From Gallionella sp. (GTDB taxonomy: Bacteria > Pseudomonadota > Gammaproteobacteria > Burkholderiales > Gallionellaceae), in contig JANXXX010000056.1 in assembly GCA_025350405.1 (NCBI GenBank), positions 2,103 to 66,102 on the forward strand: 64,000 nucleotides of DNA, given 5' to 3'. The position numbers and the translations under genes are program-made. The notes below the pieces were generated by a model, which saw only the letters and a program-made list of their open reading frames with translations, made no database searches and was not told the DNA's origin. Shown here piece after piece: positions 42,515 through 51,630 of the stretch. Position 1 is the stretch's first letter, and each line of letters opens with the position of its first letter.

Positions 42515-43223
42515 GCCATTGCTCGAAATCCGCAACCTGCAAGCTGCCTACGGTGGCATCCAGGCCGTTAAAGGAATCGACCTGTACATTGCTCCCGGCG
42601 AACTGGTTGCGTTGCTCGGCAGCAACGGCGCGGGCAAGACCACCACGCTGAAAACGCTGGCTGGCCTACTCCATCCGGCCAGCGGGCAAATCCAATACGA
42701 CGGCAAGAGTTTGCACAACATTGCGGCACATCAGCGCGTGGCTATGGGCATGGCACTTGTGCCAGAAGGACGCGGCGTATTCGCGCGCCTTACCGTGCAA
42801 GAGAATCTGCAAATGGGCGCTTATAGCCGAGACGATAAAAAAGAAATCGCAACAGACCTGGCGCGCATGTATGAACTTTTTCCGCGCCTCGCCGAACGCC
42901 GTGACCAGTTGGCCGGAACGCTCTCCGGCGGCGAGCAGCAGATGGTCGCGATGGCGCGCGCACTGATGAGCCGTCCGCGCCTGCTGATGCTGGATGAGCC
43001 CAGCATGGGACTCGCCCCGCTGATGGTGCAAAAGATCTTCGAGACCATCCGCGACATCGCCGCACTGGGCATGAGCATCCTGCTGGTCGAACAAAACGCC
43101 AGACTCGCGCTGCAAGTCGCCCAGCGCGGTTATGTGATGGAGAGCGGCGCGATCACCTTGTCGGGCGAGGCTGGCGAACTGCTGGGCAGCGATGCCGTTC
43201 AGCAAGCGTATTTGGGAAGTTGA
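42507..43223 (+). CDS. livF: ABC ATPase LivF
   Basis: Walker A GSNGAGKTT, signature LSGGEQQMVAMA. Confidence 0.93.
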   Translation: MTKPLLEIRNLQAAYGGIQAVKGIDLYIAPGELVALLGSNGAGKTTTLKTLAGLLHPASGQIQYDGKSLHNIAAHQRVAMGMALVPEGRGVFARLTVQENLQMGAYSRDDKKEIATDLARMYELFPRLAERRDQLAGTLSGGEQQMVAMARALMSRPRLLMLDEPSMGLAPLMVQKIFETIRDIAALGMSILLVEQNARLALQVAQRGYVMESGAITLSGEAGELLGSDAVQQAYLGS

Positions 43224-43439
43224 CCGGCAAGCATTCCTAGCTTGTATTTATGCGTTTTTTTTCAATTGTTACGGCAAGGCCTTTTTTCTCAGTGTAAAGT
43301 TGCCATTTAGCGCACATTTTTTTTACCGTTCGTCGGTTGCGTGTAATCGAAATGACGGATTGCTGCGTTAATGGCGGCGTGGTAAGTTTACTTTACGCGA
43401 CCAGCCACCTGAATGTTACTAACCCAAAGGAGTTTTACT

Positions 43440-43766
43440 ATGACCAAGATGCCCTATATCGTAACAGCATTATTGTTTGCTTCCATTTCCGTTGCCCAAG
43501 CTGCAGATACTGCCAAACAGCCAGTAGCCCAAGGTGCAGCCAGTGTCGACAAGAGCCTGAGCGACCATCCTAACCAAGGGCTGAAAACCGCATCTGAGCA
43601 TCTGAAAGAAAACGAGACGAAGATCGCGGAAAAACGCGCCGAAGCCGGAGAGAAGCGCGAGAACGCCAAGCACAAAAAGGACAAAGAAGAAAAACATGAA
43701 CACATGGCTAAGCACGAGCATGAGAAAATGGAGCACCATGAAAAAATGGAACGTTCAGGCAAGTAA
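43440..43766 (+). CDS. secreted His/Lys/Glu-rich protein
   Basis: AAAGGAG RBS and signal peptide MTKMPYIVTALLFASISVAQA. The C-terminal tract is KHKKDKEEKHEHMAKHEHEKMEHHEKME. Confidence 0.7.
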   Translation: MTKMPYIVTALLFASISVAQAADTAKQPVAQGAASVDKSLSDHPNQGLKTASEHLKENETKIAEKRAEAGEKRENAKHKKDKEEKHEHMAKHEHEKMEHHEKMERSGK

Positions 43767-43827
43767 TTGCTACTTTACGTTCAACTCCGGCGGCTTGTCC
43801 GCCGGTTTTTATTGAGAAAGCTTCACA

Positions 43828-44580
43828 ATGAAAAAATTACTCATCAAGTTGGTCATGCTTACCAACTTGACTCCGGCACTTGCTGAAGGCCAAGTCAGCT
43901 TGAGCACAGGATTCGATTTCAGCTCGGGTAAATACGGCGGTACAGCATCAACCGACATCTTGTACATTCCCGTCACTGGCAAATATGAAACCGACAATTT
44001 GACTCTGAAGCTCACCGTCCCATACATCAGAATCACTGGTCCTGGCGGCGTTGTTCAGGGAGTTGGTCCTATCGTCCAGACTATGGGTCCAGCAAAGACA
44101 GTCGATTCCGGTTTGGGTGATATCGTCGCTTGGGCTGGCTACAATGTTTACTCCGGAGGCACCCGCGCATTTGATGTGGTCGGCAAGATCAAGTTTGGGA
44201 CGGCAGATGCCAACAAAGGATTGGGAACCGGCCTGAATAGTTATTCGGCGCAACTCGATGGCTACGATACTTTCGGCAAGACCACGTTTTTTGTGACGGC
44301 AGGCTACAGGATTTATGAGACGTCCACGGCTATTATTTTGAACAACGTTCCCTACGGCACGCTAGGTGCTAGCCATAAATTGGGCAACGCAAGCAGTGCG
44401 GGAGTGATGCTGGATGTGGCACAAAGCCCTAGTGCCACCAGTTCAGGCCAGCGGGAGGTGACGGGCTTTATCTCGCACAAGGTTTCATCAAGCTTTAAAG
44501 TGCAGGCGAATGTCATGAAAGGATTTTCCAGCGGCAGCCCCGATTTTGGCTACGGTGCCATGATTACCAGTTACTTCTGA
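43828..44580 (+). CDS. outer-membrane beta-barrel channel (MetA-pathway / transporter-like family)
   Basis: 250 aa with a signal peptide, alternating beta-strand pattern, the LKLTVPYIRITGPGG motif and a terminal aromatic (SYF). Confidence 0.7.
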   Translation: MKKLLIKLVMLTNLTPALAEGQVSLSTGFDFSSGKYGGTASTDILYIPVTGKYETDNLTLKLTVPYIRITGPGGVVQGVGPIVQTMGPAKTVDSGLGDIVAWAGYNVYSGGTRAFDVVGKIKFGTADANKGLGTGLNSYSAQLDGYDTFGKTTFFVTAGYRIYETSTAIILNNVPYGTLGASHKLGNASSAGVMLDVAQSPSATSSGQREVTGFISHKVSSSFKVQANVMKGFSSGSPDFGYGAMITSYF

Positions 44581-44588
44581 GTCAGGAT

Positions 44589-47219
44589 TTAAACCGGCTT
44601 CTGAATCCAGAACTGGTACATGCCGAAAAATGTGTCAGGGTTTTCATTCTCAAAGATCTGCCACTGGCTAAGGTTGGTGGCGGCGCGATCATCCGGGAAA
44701 CGCAGTCTATAGGCATGCAGGACATCGTCTTCGATTTCAAATCCCAGAAACGCCAGATTATTTTTCTTGAGAAATGCTTCGATGTCCGTCAGCGTCATAC
44801 GATGTTCCTGAACGTGAATCAGTAAATCACGGCAATTGCTGATGCTGAAAAAATCGGAGGATTTTAATGTGGTGCCGAAATTGGCAGTCTTGTCCAAAGC
44901 GATCAAATCTTCGCGGCAGCGCCGGATTTCATTGGCCGTCTCGGTATAGCCACGCTGGGTAATAAGATTCCTTACCCGAACGATGTTGCGCCGTGCCACC
45001 TCGCTATAAAAACCGAGTTTCATAAACCCGCCGGGATGCAGCAATGACAACAGCACTTGCCACCCAGCCCATGGGTCAGCAAGGTGGTGCAGCACTCCGA
45101 CAGATTCAATCACATCGAAGCTGCGACCCAGTGAACCCAGCTTGAGGATGTCGGCCTGCGCGTATTCAATCGAAGTCAAACCCAGTTCGTGTGTCTTGCG
45201 CTTGGCGTAACCAAGACTACTGATGCTCAGGTCGATGGCCAGTATCCGCGCCCCTGGAAATCGCTGTGCCGTACCGATTGAATGCTGGCCTGTGCCGCAA
45301 CCGGCAATCAACATGTCAATAGCGTTGCCCGTATCGTGGCGTTTGATAGAAACCAGAGGAAACTTCTGGCGCAAATAACCGGTGATGTTTTTTGCTTTTC
45401 CGGCGGGCTCCATCCTTGTCCAGCGCGGGTAAGGATTTTCTTCATATTGATTCTGAACCAGCAGAGATACCTTGTCTTCGATGTCAGTCAAATGAGAAAT
45501 ACTAGCGCGCAATTGCAGTTCTTCTGCTGGCTCGCGAACCTGTAGTGTCAGCAAGGCTGTGATTGCATTTGGCCATTGGGCATCCAATAATCGGGCGGCA
45601 AGCGGGAGCTCATAGAGCGGGAAATAGGCCGCTACTGCAACTAGACTAAGGGGTGGTACCGGAGTCTTGGCTTCCAGCGCTGCGATCAGAGCATCCCGCA
45701 AAACACTGGCTTGCTGGATTTCATCATCACCGTGAGAAAATACATATTCATTGATGAAACACTGGCGTGCCAAGGCGCTGTAAAAACTTAATGTCGTGTC
45801 CATCCCACCATTGGAAGCTGGGGTTTTGGCAGCGGCATCAAGCATGGCATGCCGCGCCATAGTCAAAAAACGTTCCATCTCAATGTCGCAGATGGGAGCA
45901 GAATCGAGCAGGGCAGACAGCAATGAGTTTGCTGCGAGGGTCGTGATGCTGTTTGACCCGAACAAATCCTGTGCAGACAGCCGCACAGGCCAGGCATCGA
46001 CTGCGCGCGAAACGCATTTGCCGATGTCAAGATTGAGCTTGGCGAGGCCGATGCAAATCAGGGCCAGTTCGCTTGGCCGACCCCAAGGCTCGGTCAAGGC
46101 GCGAACCATCAGCGCACGAATCTCGTTGTCATCATTTGTGAAACGCAGGCGTTTGACGCAGGCGACAAAAATGCTTTTTGCTTCTGCCGTTTCTTTGATC
46201 TGCAGCGAATGCTTGATCGTGTTCAAGGCCATCGATGCCTTGCCTTGCGTATTAAAGAGCAACGCGAGATTGTTCAGCGCACCGGTGAAGTCCGGCTTGA
46301 TCTGCAAGGCACGTTTGAAAAGGGTTTCAGCCTCATCCAATTTGCCCAACTCTTGCAGGGTGGAGCCCAGGTTGTTCAGTGCTTCGGCATAATCCGGCTT
46401 GATTTGCAACGCCCGTCGGTAATTGGCTTCGGCCTCGTCCAGTTTGCCCAACTCTTGCAGGGTAGAGCCCAGGTTGCTCAGCGCCTCGGCGTAATCCGGC
46501 CTGATTTGTAGCGCCCGCTTATAACTGGCCTCAGCCTCGTCCATTCGAGCCAACTCACTAAGGGTGATGCCCAGGTTGTAGTGCGCCTCAGCGTAATCTG
46601 GCTTGATCTGTAGAGCCCGTCGATAACGGGCTTCCGTCTCCGCTAATCGCCCCATGTCTTTGAGGGTGTTGCCGAGGTTGTTGTGTGTTTCGGCGAAATC
46701 CGGAGCAATTTGTAACGCCCGCTGATAACTGGCTTCTGCCTCATTCAGGCGACCCATATCGTGAAGAGTGATGCCCAAGTTGCAATGTGCCTCCGCGATA
46801 TTAGGCTCGATTTGCAACACCCGCCGGTAACTTGATTCGGCTTCATCCAAGCGACCCATTGCATGGAGGGCATTGCCCAGATTGTAATGCACCTCGATAA
46901 AATCCGGTGCTATCTGTATCGCTCTTCGGCAGCTAGTCACGGCTTCGTCCAGTTGGCCCAAATCCTGAAAGATGGCGCCCAGATTGCTATGCGCCTCGGC
47001 ATCATGCGGCAACAGCGCGGCCGCCTTTTGCATGGGCAACAGCGCGTCTTCGCTGCGTCCCATGTTCTTGAGCGCAACACCCAACGCCTTCCAGCCAACT
47101 CCATAAGAAGGAAAGCGCACCGTCATCGCTTGAGCGAAGGTTGCTGCTTCTGTGTAGCGGCCCTCTGTAAACAGAGTGGCCAGTGTATTCATCTCTTGAG
47201 GGTTGGGGTTTTGCGGCAC
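44589..47219 (-). CDS. TPR-repeat protein with C-terminal class I SAM methyltransferase domain
   Basis: 876 aa with about ten 34-aa TPR units (A..Y.RALQI.PD.AEA..NLG) and methyltransferase motif I LIAGCGTGQH. Confidence 0.85.
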   Translation of the reverse strand: MPQNPNPQEMNTLATLFTEGRYTEAATFAQAMTVRFPSYGVGWKALGVALKNMGRSEDALLPMQKAAALLPHDAEAHSNLGAIFQDLGQLDEAVTSCRRAIQIAPDFIEVHYNLGNALHAMGRLDEAESSYRRVLQIEPNIAEAHCNLGITLHDMGRLNEAEASYQRALQIAPDFAETHNNLGNTLKDMGRLAETEARYRRALQIKPDYAEAHYNLGITLSELARMDEAEASYKRALQIRPDYAEALSNLGSTLQELGKLDEAEANYRRALQIKPDYAEALNNLGSTLQELGKLDEAETLFKRALQIKPDFTGALNNLALLFNTQGKASMALNTIKHSLQIKETAEAKSIFVACVKRLRFTNDDNEIRALMVRALTEPWGRPSELALICIGLAKLNLDIGKCVSRAVDAWPVRLSAQDLFGSNSITTLAANSLLSALLDSAPICDIEMERFLTMARHAMLDAAAKTPASNGGMDTTLSFYSALARQCFINEYVFSHGDDEIQQASVLRDALIAALEAKTPVPPLSLVAVAAYFPLYELPLAARLLDAQWPNAITALLTLQVREPAEELQLRASISHLTDIEDKVSLLVQNQYEENPYPRWTRMEPAGKAKNITGYLRQKFPLVSIKRHDTGNAIDMLIAGCGTGQHSIGTAQRFPGARILAIDLSISSLGYAKRKTHELGLTSIEYAQADILKLGSLGRSFDVIESVGVLHHLADPWAGWQVLLSLLHPGGFMKLGFYSEVARRNIVRVRNLITQRGYTETANEIRRCREDLIALDKTANFGTTLKSSDFFSISNCRDLLIHVQEHRMTLTDIEAFLKKNNLAFLGFEIEDDVLHAYRLRFPDDRAATNLSQWQIFENENPDTFFGMYQFWIQKPV

Positions 47220-47484
47220 AGTCGGAGAAGTAATAGTTGGTTATTTATGGGGCCGATCAATTGCGACCTAGCCGGGCCAGTCATGGTTAATTCAACGATG
47301 AATGGCATATTCTATTACAGGGTGGTGAAGCAAGACAAAATATAATACTTTGGCATGTCGCATTGCAGTGGTGGGGTAACTGTCGCTACTGTTGCTTGAA
47401 AATGTCTGGGAATATTGATGAAGTCTAAGCTTTAGCCGCAGAGTGGATTGCCACTTTGCTATGCATGCTCCTTTTGAAGAAACG

Positions 47485-47517
47485 GGGGCATTTATAAACG
47501 CTATTAATGTCCCCGCA
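47485..47517 (-). terminator. putative terminator of the Slam-like operon
   Basis: On the minus strand, CGGGGACAT..ATGCCCCCG forms a 9-bp stem followed by TTTCTTC. Confidence 0.4.
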
Positions 47518-47551
47518 CAACAATAATTGGAGCAGAAGCCGCCACCTCCGA

Positions 47552-48847
47552 TTATTTGAAATCCCGATGCAACGTCAGCGAAAAATCGGTTTGGTCATAT
47601 TGATTAACGATGATATTGGATTGATTTTGTATCAGACTGATTTGCGGACGCAGAATCCAGTTGGGCGCGTAACGATATGTTAATCCGATTGCGAGATCAG
47701 CTTGATGGTCATCTCGCATAACTAAAAAGGCACCGTTGATCCGGTCATATTTGCCCCGCTGCACGCCGCCAGAAGCAAACAAATCCAGTTTTTCTCCTAA
47801 TGATACTTGCCCGGACAGACGCACACCTTGAATGCTTTTGCTGCCATCGGTGCGCAGATTGGTATCGTGTTCATTGCCGCCAAAGAAGCTGCCGAAAACA
47901 GTAGAACGTCCATCGGCAAAAATATGCATCCAGCCCAATCCGGAAATCGTCTGATTGAAATTGTTGGATACCAACGTCGGGTCGGGATAGCGGTAGAGAA
48001 TATACTGGCCGAACCATACCGCCTGATTGGCCACATTAAAGGTATGCTTCCATGCTAAATTAACGCCGTTGGAATTACGGTTTACAACCCCACCCAAGTC
48101 AAATCGTCCGGCTAGCAAGCCACCCTGAATCTGTTCTGCGTTTCTGTCGAAACTCGCGCCAACCCGGCTATCCAGTGAGATGTAATCAAAATGATTGTAT
48201 TTTACATTGTTGCGGCTGTGCATATCCACGCCGGCATACAAAGACCAATCCGTGGAAATTGGATGAATAGCCTCACCACCTACAGCCAGCGCCAAATAAT
48301 TGTCGGCTGTTTTAACGTTTGCTGGGTTCAAGGTGAATTGAATATCCAGCAGAGCGGGCACGGTAATTTGGTTTTGTCCGGTGGCATTGTTGACATTGTT
48401 GTTATAACCGGCACCCGCCTCGAAATAAGCGCTTAACCGGGTCGTCGGTATATCGTCCGGGGTTTCGATTGCACTAAGGTACTGATTGATCGTGGCTAGT
48501 GCTGACGGCGGTGGATTCAATGCAAGTGCACGCGTGAATTCGGTACGGGCGTGTTCAAAATCGCCCAGAAGGTAATAGGCTCGTCCCAGGTCAAGCCGTG
48601 CCGCAGCGTGCAATGGGTTTACCGCCAATACGCGCTCCAGGATCAAGCTCGCCTTGTCCGCCTGGCCACTGTTCAGTGCCGCCACTCCCAAGAGATAGTC
48701 GAATTTCGTGTTGCCCGCTTGTTCAAACTCGTAGGGTTCAAGCAGGGCATAAGCCTCTGCCGGTTTGCCTTCCACAATCAACTTGTGAGCCAGCTCAAGG
48801 TCAGGGCTGTCGGCTCTGGCGTTGGAGGGAACAAATCCCAAGCTCAC
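47552..48847 (-). CDS. Slam/DUF560-like outer-membrane protein (periplasmic TPR plus beta-barrel), type XI secretion-like
   Basis: N-terminal TPR region (AEAYALLEP...LGRAYYLLGDFEHARTEF) followed by about 300 aa of alternating beta-strands. A signal-peptide-like sequence (IIKPAKHLFAFLLLVSLGFVPSNARA) is encoded in frame upstream of the GTG at 48847 but has no canonical start. Confidence 0.65.
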   Translation of the reverse strand: MSLGFVPSNARADSPDLELAHKLIVEGKPAEAYALLEPYEFEQAGNTKFDYLLGVAALNSGQADKASLILERVLAVNPLHAAARLDLGRAYYLLGDFEHARTEFTRALALNPPPSALATINQYLSAIETPDDIPTTRLSAYFEAGAGYNNNVNNATGQNQITVPALLDIQFTLNPANVKTADNYLALAVGGEAIHPISTDWSLYAGVDMHSRNNVKYNHFDYISLDSRVGASFDRNAEQIQGGLLAGRFDLGGVVNRNSNGVNLAWKHTFNVANQAVWFGQYILYRYPDPTLVSNNFNQTISGLGWMHIFADGRSTVFGSFFGGNEHDTNLRTDGSKSIQGVRLSGQVSLGEKLDLFASGGVQRGKYDRINGAFLVMRDDHQADLAIGLTYRYAPNWILRPQISLIQNQSNIIVNQYDQTDFSLTLHRDFK

Positions 48848-48914
48848 CAGTAGCAGGAAGGCAAAAAGGTGTTTTGCGGGTTTGATGATGTTATTTTTAT
48901 TTAATCAGGGACGT

Positions 48915-49020
48915 GATAATACCACTGCCCCAGCTACCGCCTATCCAGTTGTTGTGCTCATTATCGAGACAATACCGCTGCCCCGGCTACAGCCTGTCCG
49001 GTTGTCGTGCTCATTATGAA
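48915..49020. repeat. 53-bp tandem duplication spanning the 3' end of the FecR-domain gene
   Basis: 48915-48967 and 48968-49020 align with about 8 mismatches. The intact copy encodes IMSTTTGQAVAGAAVLSR-stop. The extra copy reads IMSTTTG-stop-AVAGAVVLSRP. Confidence 0.85.
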
Positions 49021-50751
49021 GGAAGAAATCAGCCCTTTACCATTCGGCCCAATCAGCATGCCCGCTGCGCTACCGCTTGCGCTTACTGTCGAGCCGCAAA
49101 CACAGGTACCGGCAAGCGGTATGCCATTCGCAAAAGTGGAAAGTGGTGCTGAACCACTAAAAATTCCATTCCAGCTTCGAGAATTGCCATCTGTCACACC
49201 GAGATTGTAGTTGGTCACAGTGGCCGTACCAAGATCGATAGTCACACTTAGACTTACGCCGCTGTTGCTGCGATTGATATTGCCTGATTCTGTTACTGAA
49301 GTAGAACCGACTATAGATGAAAATGTAGCGGAACCGCCTATGGCACTGATGGCCGCTGGCGAAGTGGCTCCTCCATTAACATAAGCAAACGGATGAAAAT
49401 CGACCGCGAGCGCATTTCCTGCGGCGTCGAAAGTGACTCCGCCCGCATAGATGCCCCATGACACGTCGACTGTATCCACATTCGCCGTCTTGTAATCGAT
49501 CAAGGTCGTTTGATGGTCAACGTAATTGAAGCCAGTGGCATCATTGGAGTAGGCGCTAGGCTCATAATGTTCCACGAGCAGCTTTTCTCCGGCGTTCCCA
49601 ACCTTGGCGCTCCCGACACTCCGCAAACCCAAGTGGGCACCAACGACCGCACTTCCCGACACAGCCGGTGATGCATCCGTCTCCAAAGTGCTAAGATCCA
49701 CTGAGCTATTGTCTATGAGGTCAGTCTGGGTAAGTTTGTTTTGATCTGTCTTCCCTGCGGAGGTAGAAGATTCACTTGTTGTTTTCGAATCCACCACCGC
49801 ATTTCCTGGCCCAGCAGGCAAGGCGATTGTCTCCAACGAGCTGCTATCCCCGCTGCTGTTAGCCAAGTGCTCGGTCTTGTCGGGATTGCGCGGTATCGAG
49901 TCTGACCTGGAATCACTCGAGCCGGTCACCCCTTCCTTGTCATGGAGGAGTTTGTTCGCGTCGCCGTGGTTGCCTTTGAGTTCTTTTGAATTGGCTTTTG
50001 GATCGCCAAATATCGGCAATATTTTATCCATGATAATTGGGCTAGTACCGCTGAGCGCCGCGAAGCCGGTTTGATTCGGCTTGATCAGCAACTTATCCTG
50101 CCCGCTTTGCAGTATGGTTGCACCGGAAATTACGTGGTTATAGGTTCCCGGCTCGACCACGGACGTCTGTCCTGGTGGAGCTATGGCTACAAATACGGTT
50201 TCATGGTCTGTACCGCGTATTCCGACCGTGGCATTGGGCGTGCGGATGCTGTAATTTTCCTTGTGCAGATGACCGATATTGCCAGTGACGGCACGGAATC
50301 CGCCGGCTAACAGTGTTAAAGCGATATGTTCGTTCCCGTCCTGTTTGCCGTTGTAAGCGAAAGATTCGATTACTAGCTGGCTTTCCGGGCGTAGCACAAT
50401 CGTTCCGCCATCTTCCATGCGTAACTGCAACGTTGCACCTTTGCCGGATTTCAGCGTATCGCCGACCTGCACGGCCCCACCTTTAGTGAGCGACCGGACC
50501 TGTCCCAGATTTTGCGCTTGGACTTGGCCGATGATAAACAGCACCTTACCGGCAAGCGTTGGCATGGCGGAATCGTCGTTCGGACGCAAGCCAGTGCCAC
50601 CGATGCCACCGTGCATGGCCGGTGTTCCGGTTCCGCCGATGCCGCCCTCTTTTAAGGAGTCACTAGCGGCGAGCGCATTTCCGGCGATAAGCCCGCCCAG
50701 AAATAACGCCGCGATTATTAACAGTCTATTTCTCAAGAGTGTCATCGCCAT
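48961..50751 (-). CDS. secreted FecR-domain protein with Ser/Thr-rich linker and TbpB-like C-terminal beta-barrel (candidate Slam cargo)
   Basis: - Signal peptide MTLLRNRLLIIAALFLGGLIAGNALA.
- GIGGTG repeats.
- FecR-like segment VGDTLKSGKGATLQLRMEDGGTIVLRPESQLVI...IRTPNATVGIRGTDH.
- C-terminus with the G.A.F...VSLSVTIDLGTATV...GMLIGPNGKGLISSF....GQAVAGAAVLSR pattern.
- The start is ambiguous (50763, 50751 or 50745). Confidence 0.7.
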   Translation of the reverse strand: MAMTLLRNRLLIIAALFLGGLIAGNALAASDSLKEGGIGGTGTPAMHGGIGGTGLRPNDDSAMPTLAGKVLFIIGQVQAQNLGQVRSLTKGGAVQVGDTLKSGKGATLQLRMEDGGTIVLRPESQLVIESFAYNGKQDGNEHIALTLLAGGFRAVTGNIGHLHKENYSIRTPNATVGIRGTDHETVFVAIAPPGQTSVVEPGTYNHVISGATILQSGQDKLLIKPNQTGFAALSGTSPIIMDKILPIFGDPKANSKELKGNHGDANKLLHDKEGVTGSSDSRSDSIPRNPDKTEHLANSSGDSSSLETIALPAGPGNAVVDSKTTSESSTSAGKTDQNKLTQTDLIDNSSVDLSTLETDASPAVSGSAVVGAHLGLRSVGSAKVGNAGEKLLVEHYEPSAYSNDATGFNYVDHQTTLIDYKTANVDTVDVSWGIYAGGVTFDAAGNALAVDFHPFAYVNGGATSPAAISAIGGSATFSSIVGSTSVTESGNINRSNSGVSLSVTIDLGTATVTNYNLGVTDGNSRSWNGIFSGSAPLSTFANGIPLAGTCVCGSTVSASGSAAGMLIGPNGKGLISSFIMSTTTGQAVAGAAVLSR

Positions 50752-51577
50752 GATCCACCTCACTGAAATTGTAAATGCCGAAATTTGTCCGGTAGACAGC
50801 TTCGGATTTTCCTGCGTCCTGTTTTTGCAACTCTATCGCGCGACGGTTCACCGTGTGCAACGCGCGCATTCCGGCTGTTTTGGCAACGCGTTCATACTCC
50901 TTGACCGACTCTGCTGTGAGATTGTCGTAATACACGCATCGTTCAAGGAGGGGCGGTGTAACACCGACTAGATTATGTACTGTGGCGGCAAGGTGGTCGT
51001 GGATATTTTGCCCAAAATAAAACGTTTTTTCCTCAAGCCCTTGAGGGGAGACAAAGGCGTCGGCAGTTAGATGCACATTGTCCTGTTCGTCCAGCGTAGC
51101 GATTCCCTGCCGTAACCATTCGTCCAGTACAACGCGAGCGCGAAAATCCTTGCTTACCGAACGCACCAGCGCTTCAAAAGAATGATCGCCGCCTTTGCTG
51201 GCTAATCGCGGCAACGGCAGCGGTACGCCATGTTCATCGAGATATTCAGCCCGTCCGCTCCACATCGCCAGTAACTGCGCACTCATGGAAGCCTGCAGGG
51301 AGAGGCTGCTTACAGCCAGTGATTCATTGCGCAAACGCTTGACGTCGCGTCTGTGCACACCGGTCAGCAGGCTGATGCGGCTGTCGGTTTGAGCCTTGTT
51401 ATCAAGCCTGAACTCTTCTTCTGCAATCTGGATGTAAGTTGATTTAACCAAATCGCAAAATGTCTGGAATCGGATACCGTGGGAGAGTAATAAACGAATC
51501 AGCGGCCGTAAAACCCGCCGCAGTGCAGCCACGAGTGGTGTGGGCAATTCACCGGTAACTTTCTCAAGGTTATTCAT
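50726..51577 (-). CDS. cytoplasmic HTH-containing protein, candidate regulator (possibly DUF6502-like)
   Basis: 283 aa with no TM segment and the helix-turn-helix-like segment TDSRISLLTGVHRRDVKRLRN. It overlaps the start of the downstream FecR-domain gene. Confidence 0.6.
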   Translation of the reverse strand: MNNLEKVTGELPTPLVAALRRVLRPLIRLLLSHGIRFQTFCDLVKSTYIQIAEEEFRLDNKAQTDSRISLLTGVHRRDVKRLRNESLAVSSLSLQASMSAQLLAMWSGRAEYLDEHGVPLPLPRLASKGGDHSFEALVRSVSKDFRARVVLDEWLRQGIATLDEQDNVHLTADAFVSPQGLEEKTFYFGQNIHDHLAATVHNLVGVTPPLLERCVYYDNLTAESVKEYERVAKTAGMRALHTVNRRAIELQKQDAGKSEAVYRTNFGIYNFSEVDHGDDTLEK

Positions 51578-51630
51578 ATATGCAATTCCCTAACAAAATA
51601 TCATTAAAGATACCTTACCACAAAAAACAC

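Noticed and set aside
43454-43762. Two minus-strand ORFs (102 aa and 89 aa).
   Set aside because: They are antisense to the His-rich gene. They are low-complexity mirror products of the K/E/H tract, with no RBS.
47220-47551. The missing relA ACT-coding segment or an att site at the left edge of the AT-rich block.
   Set aside because: No frame in this interval gives ACT-like sequence. It most plausibly contains the promoter of the TPR-methyltransferase and the terminator of the Slam-like operon.
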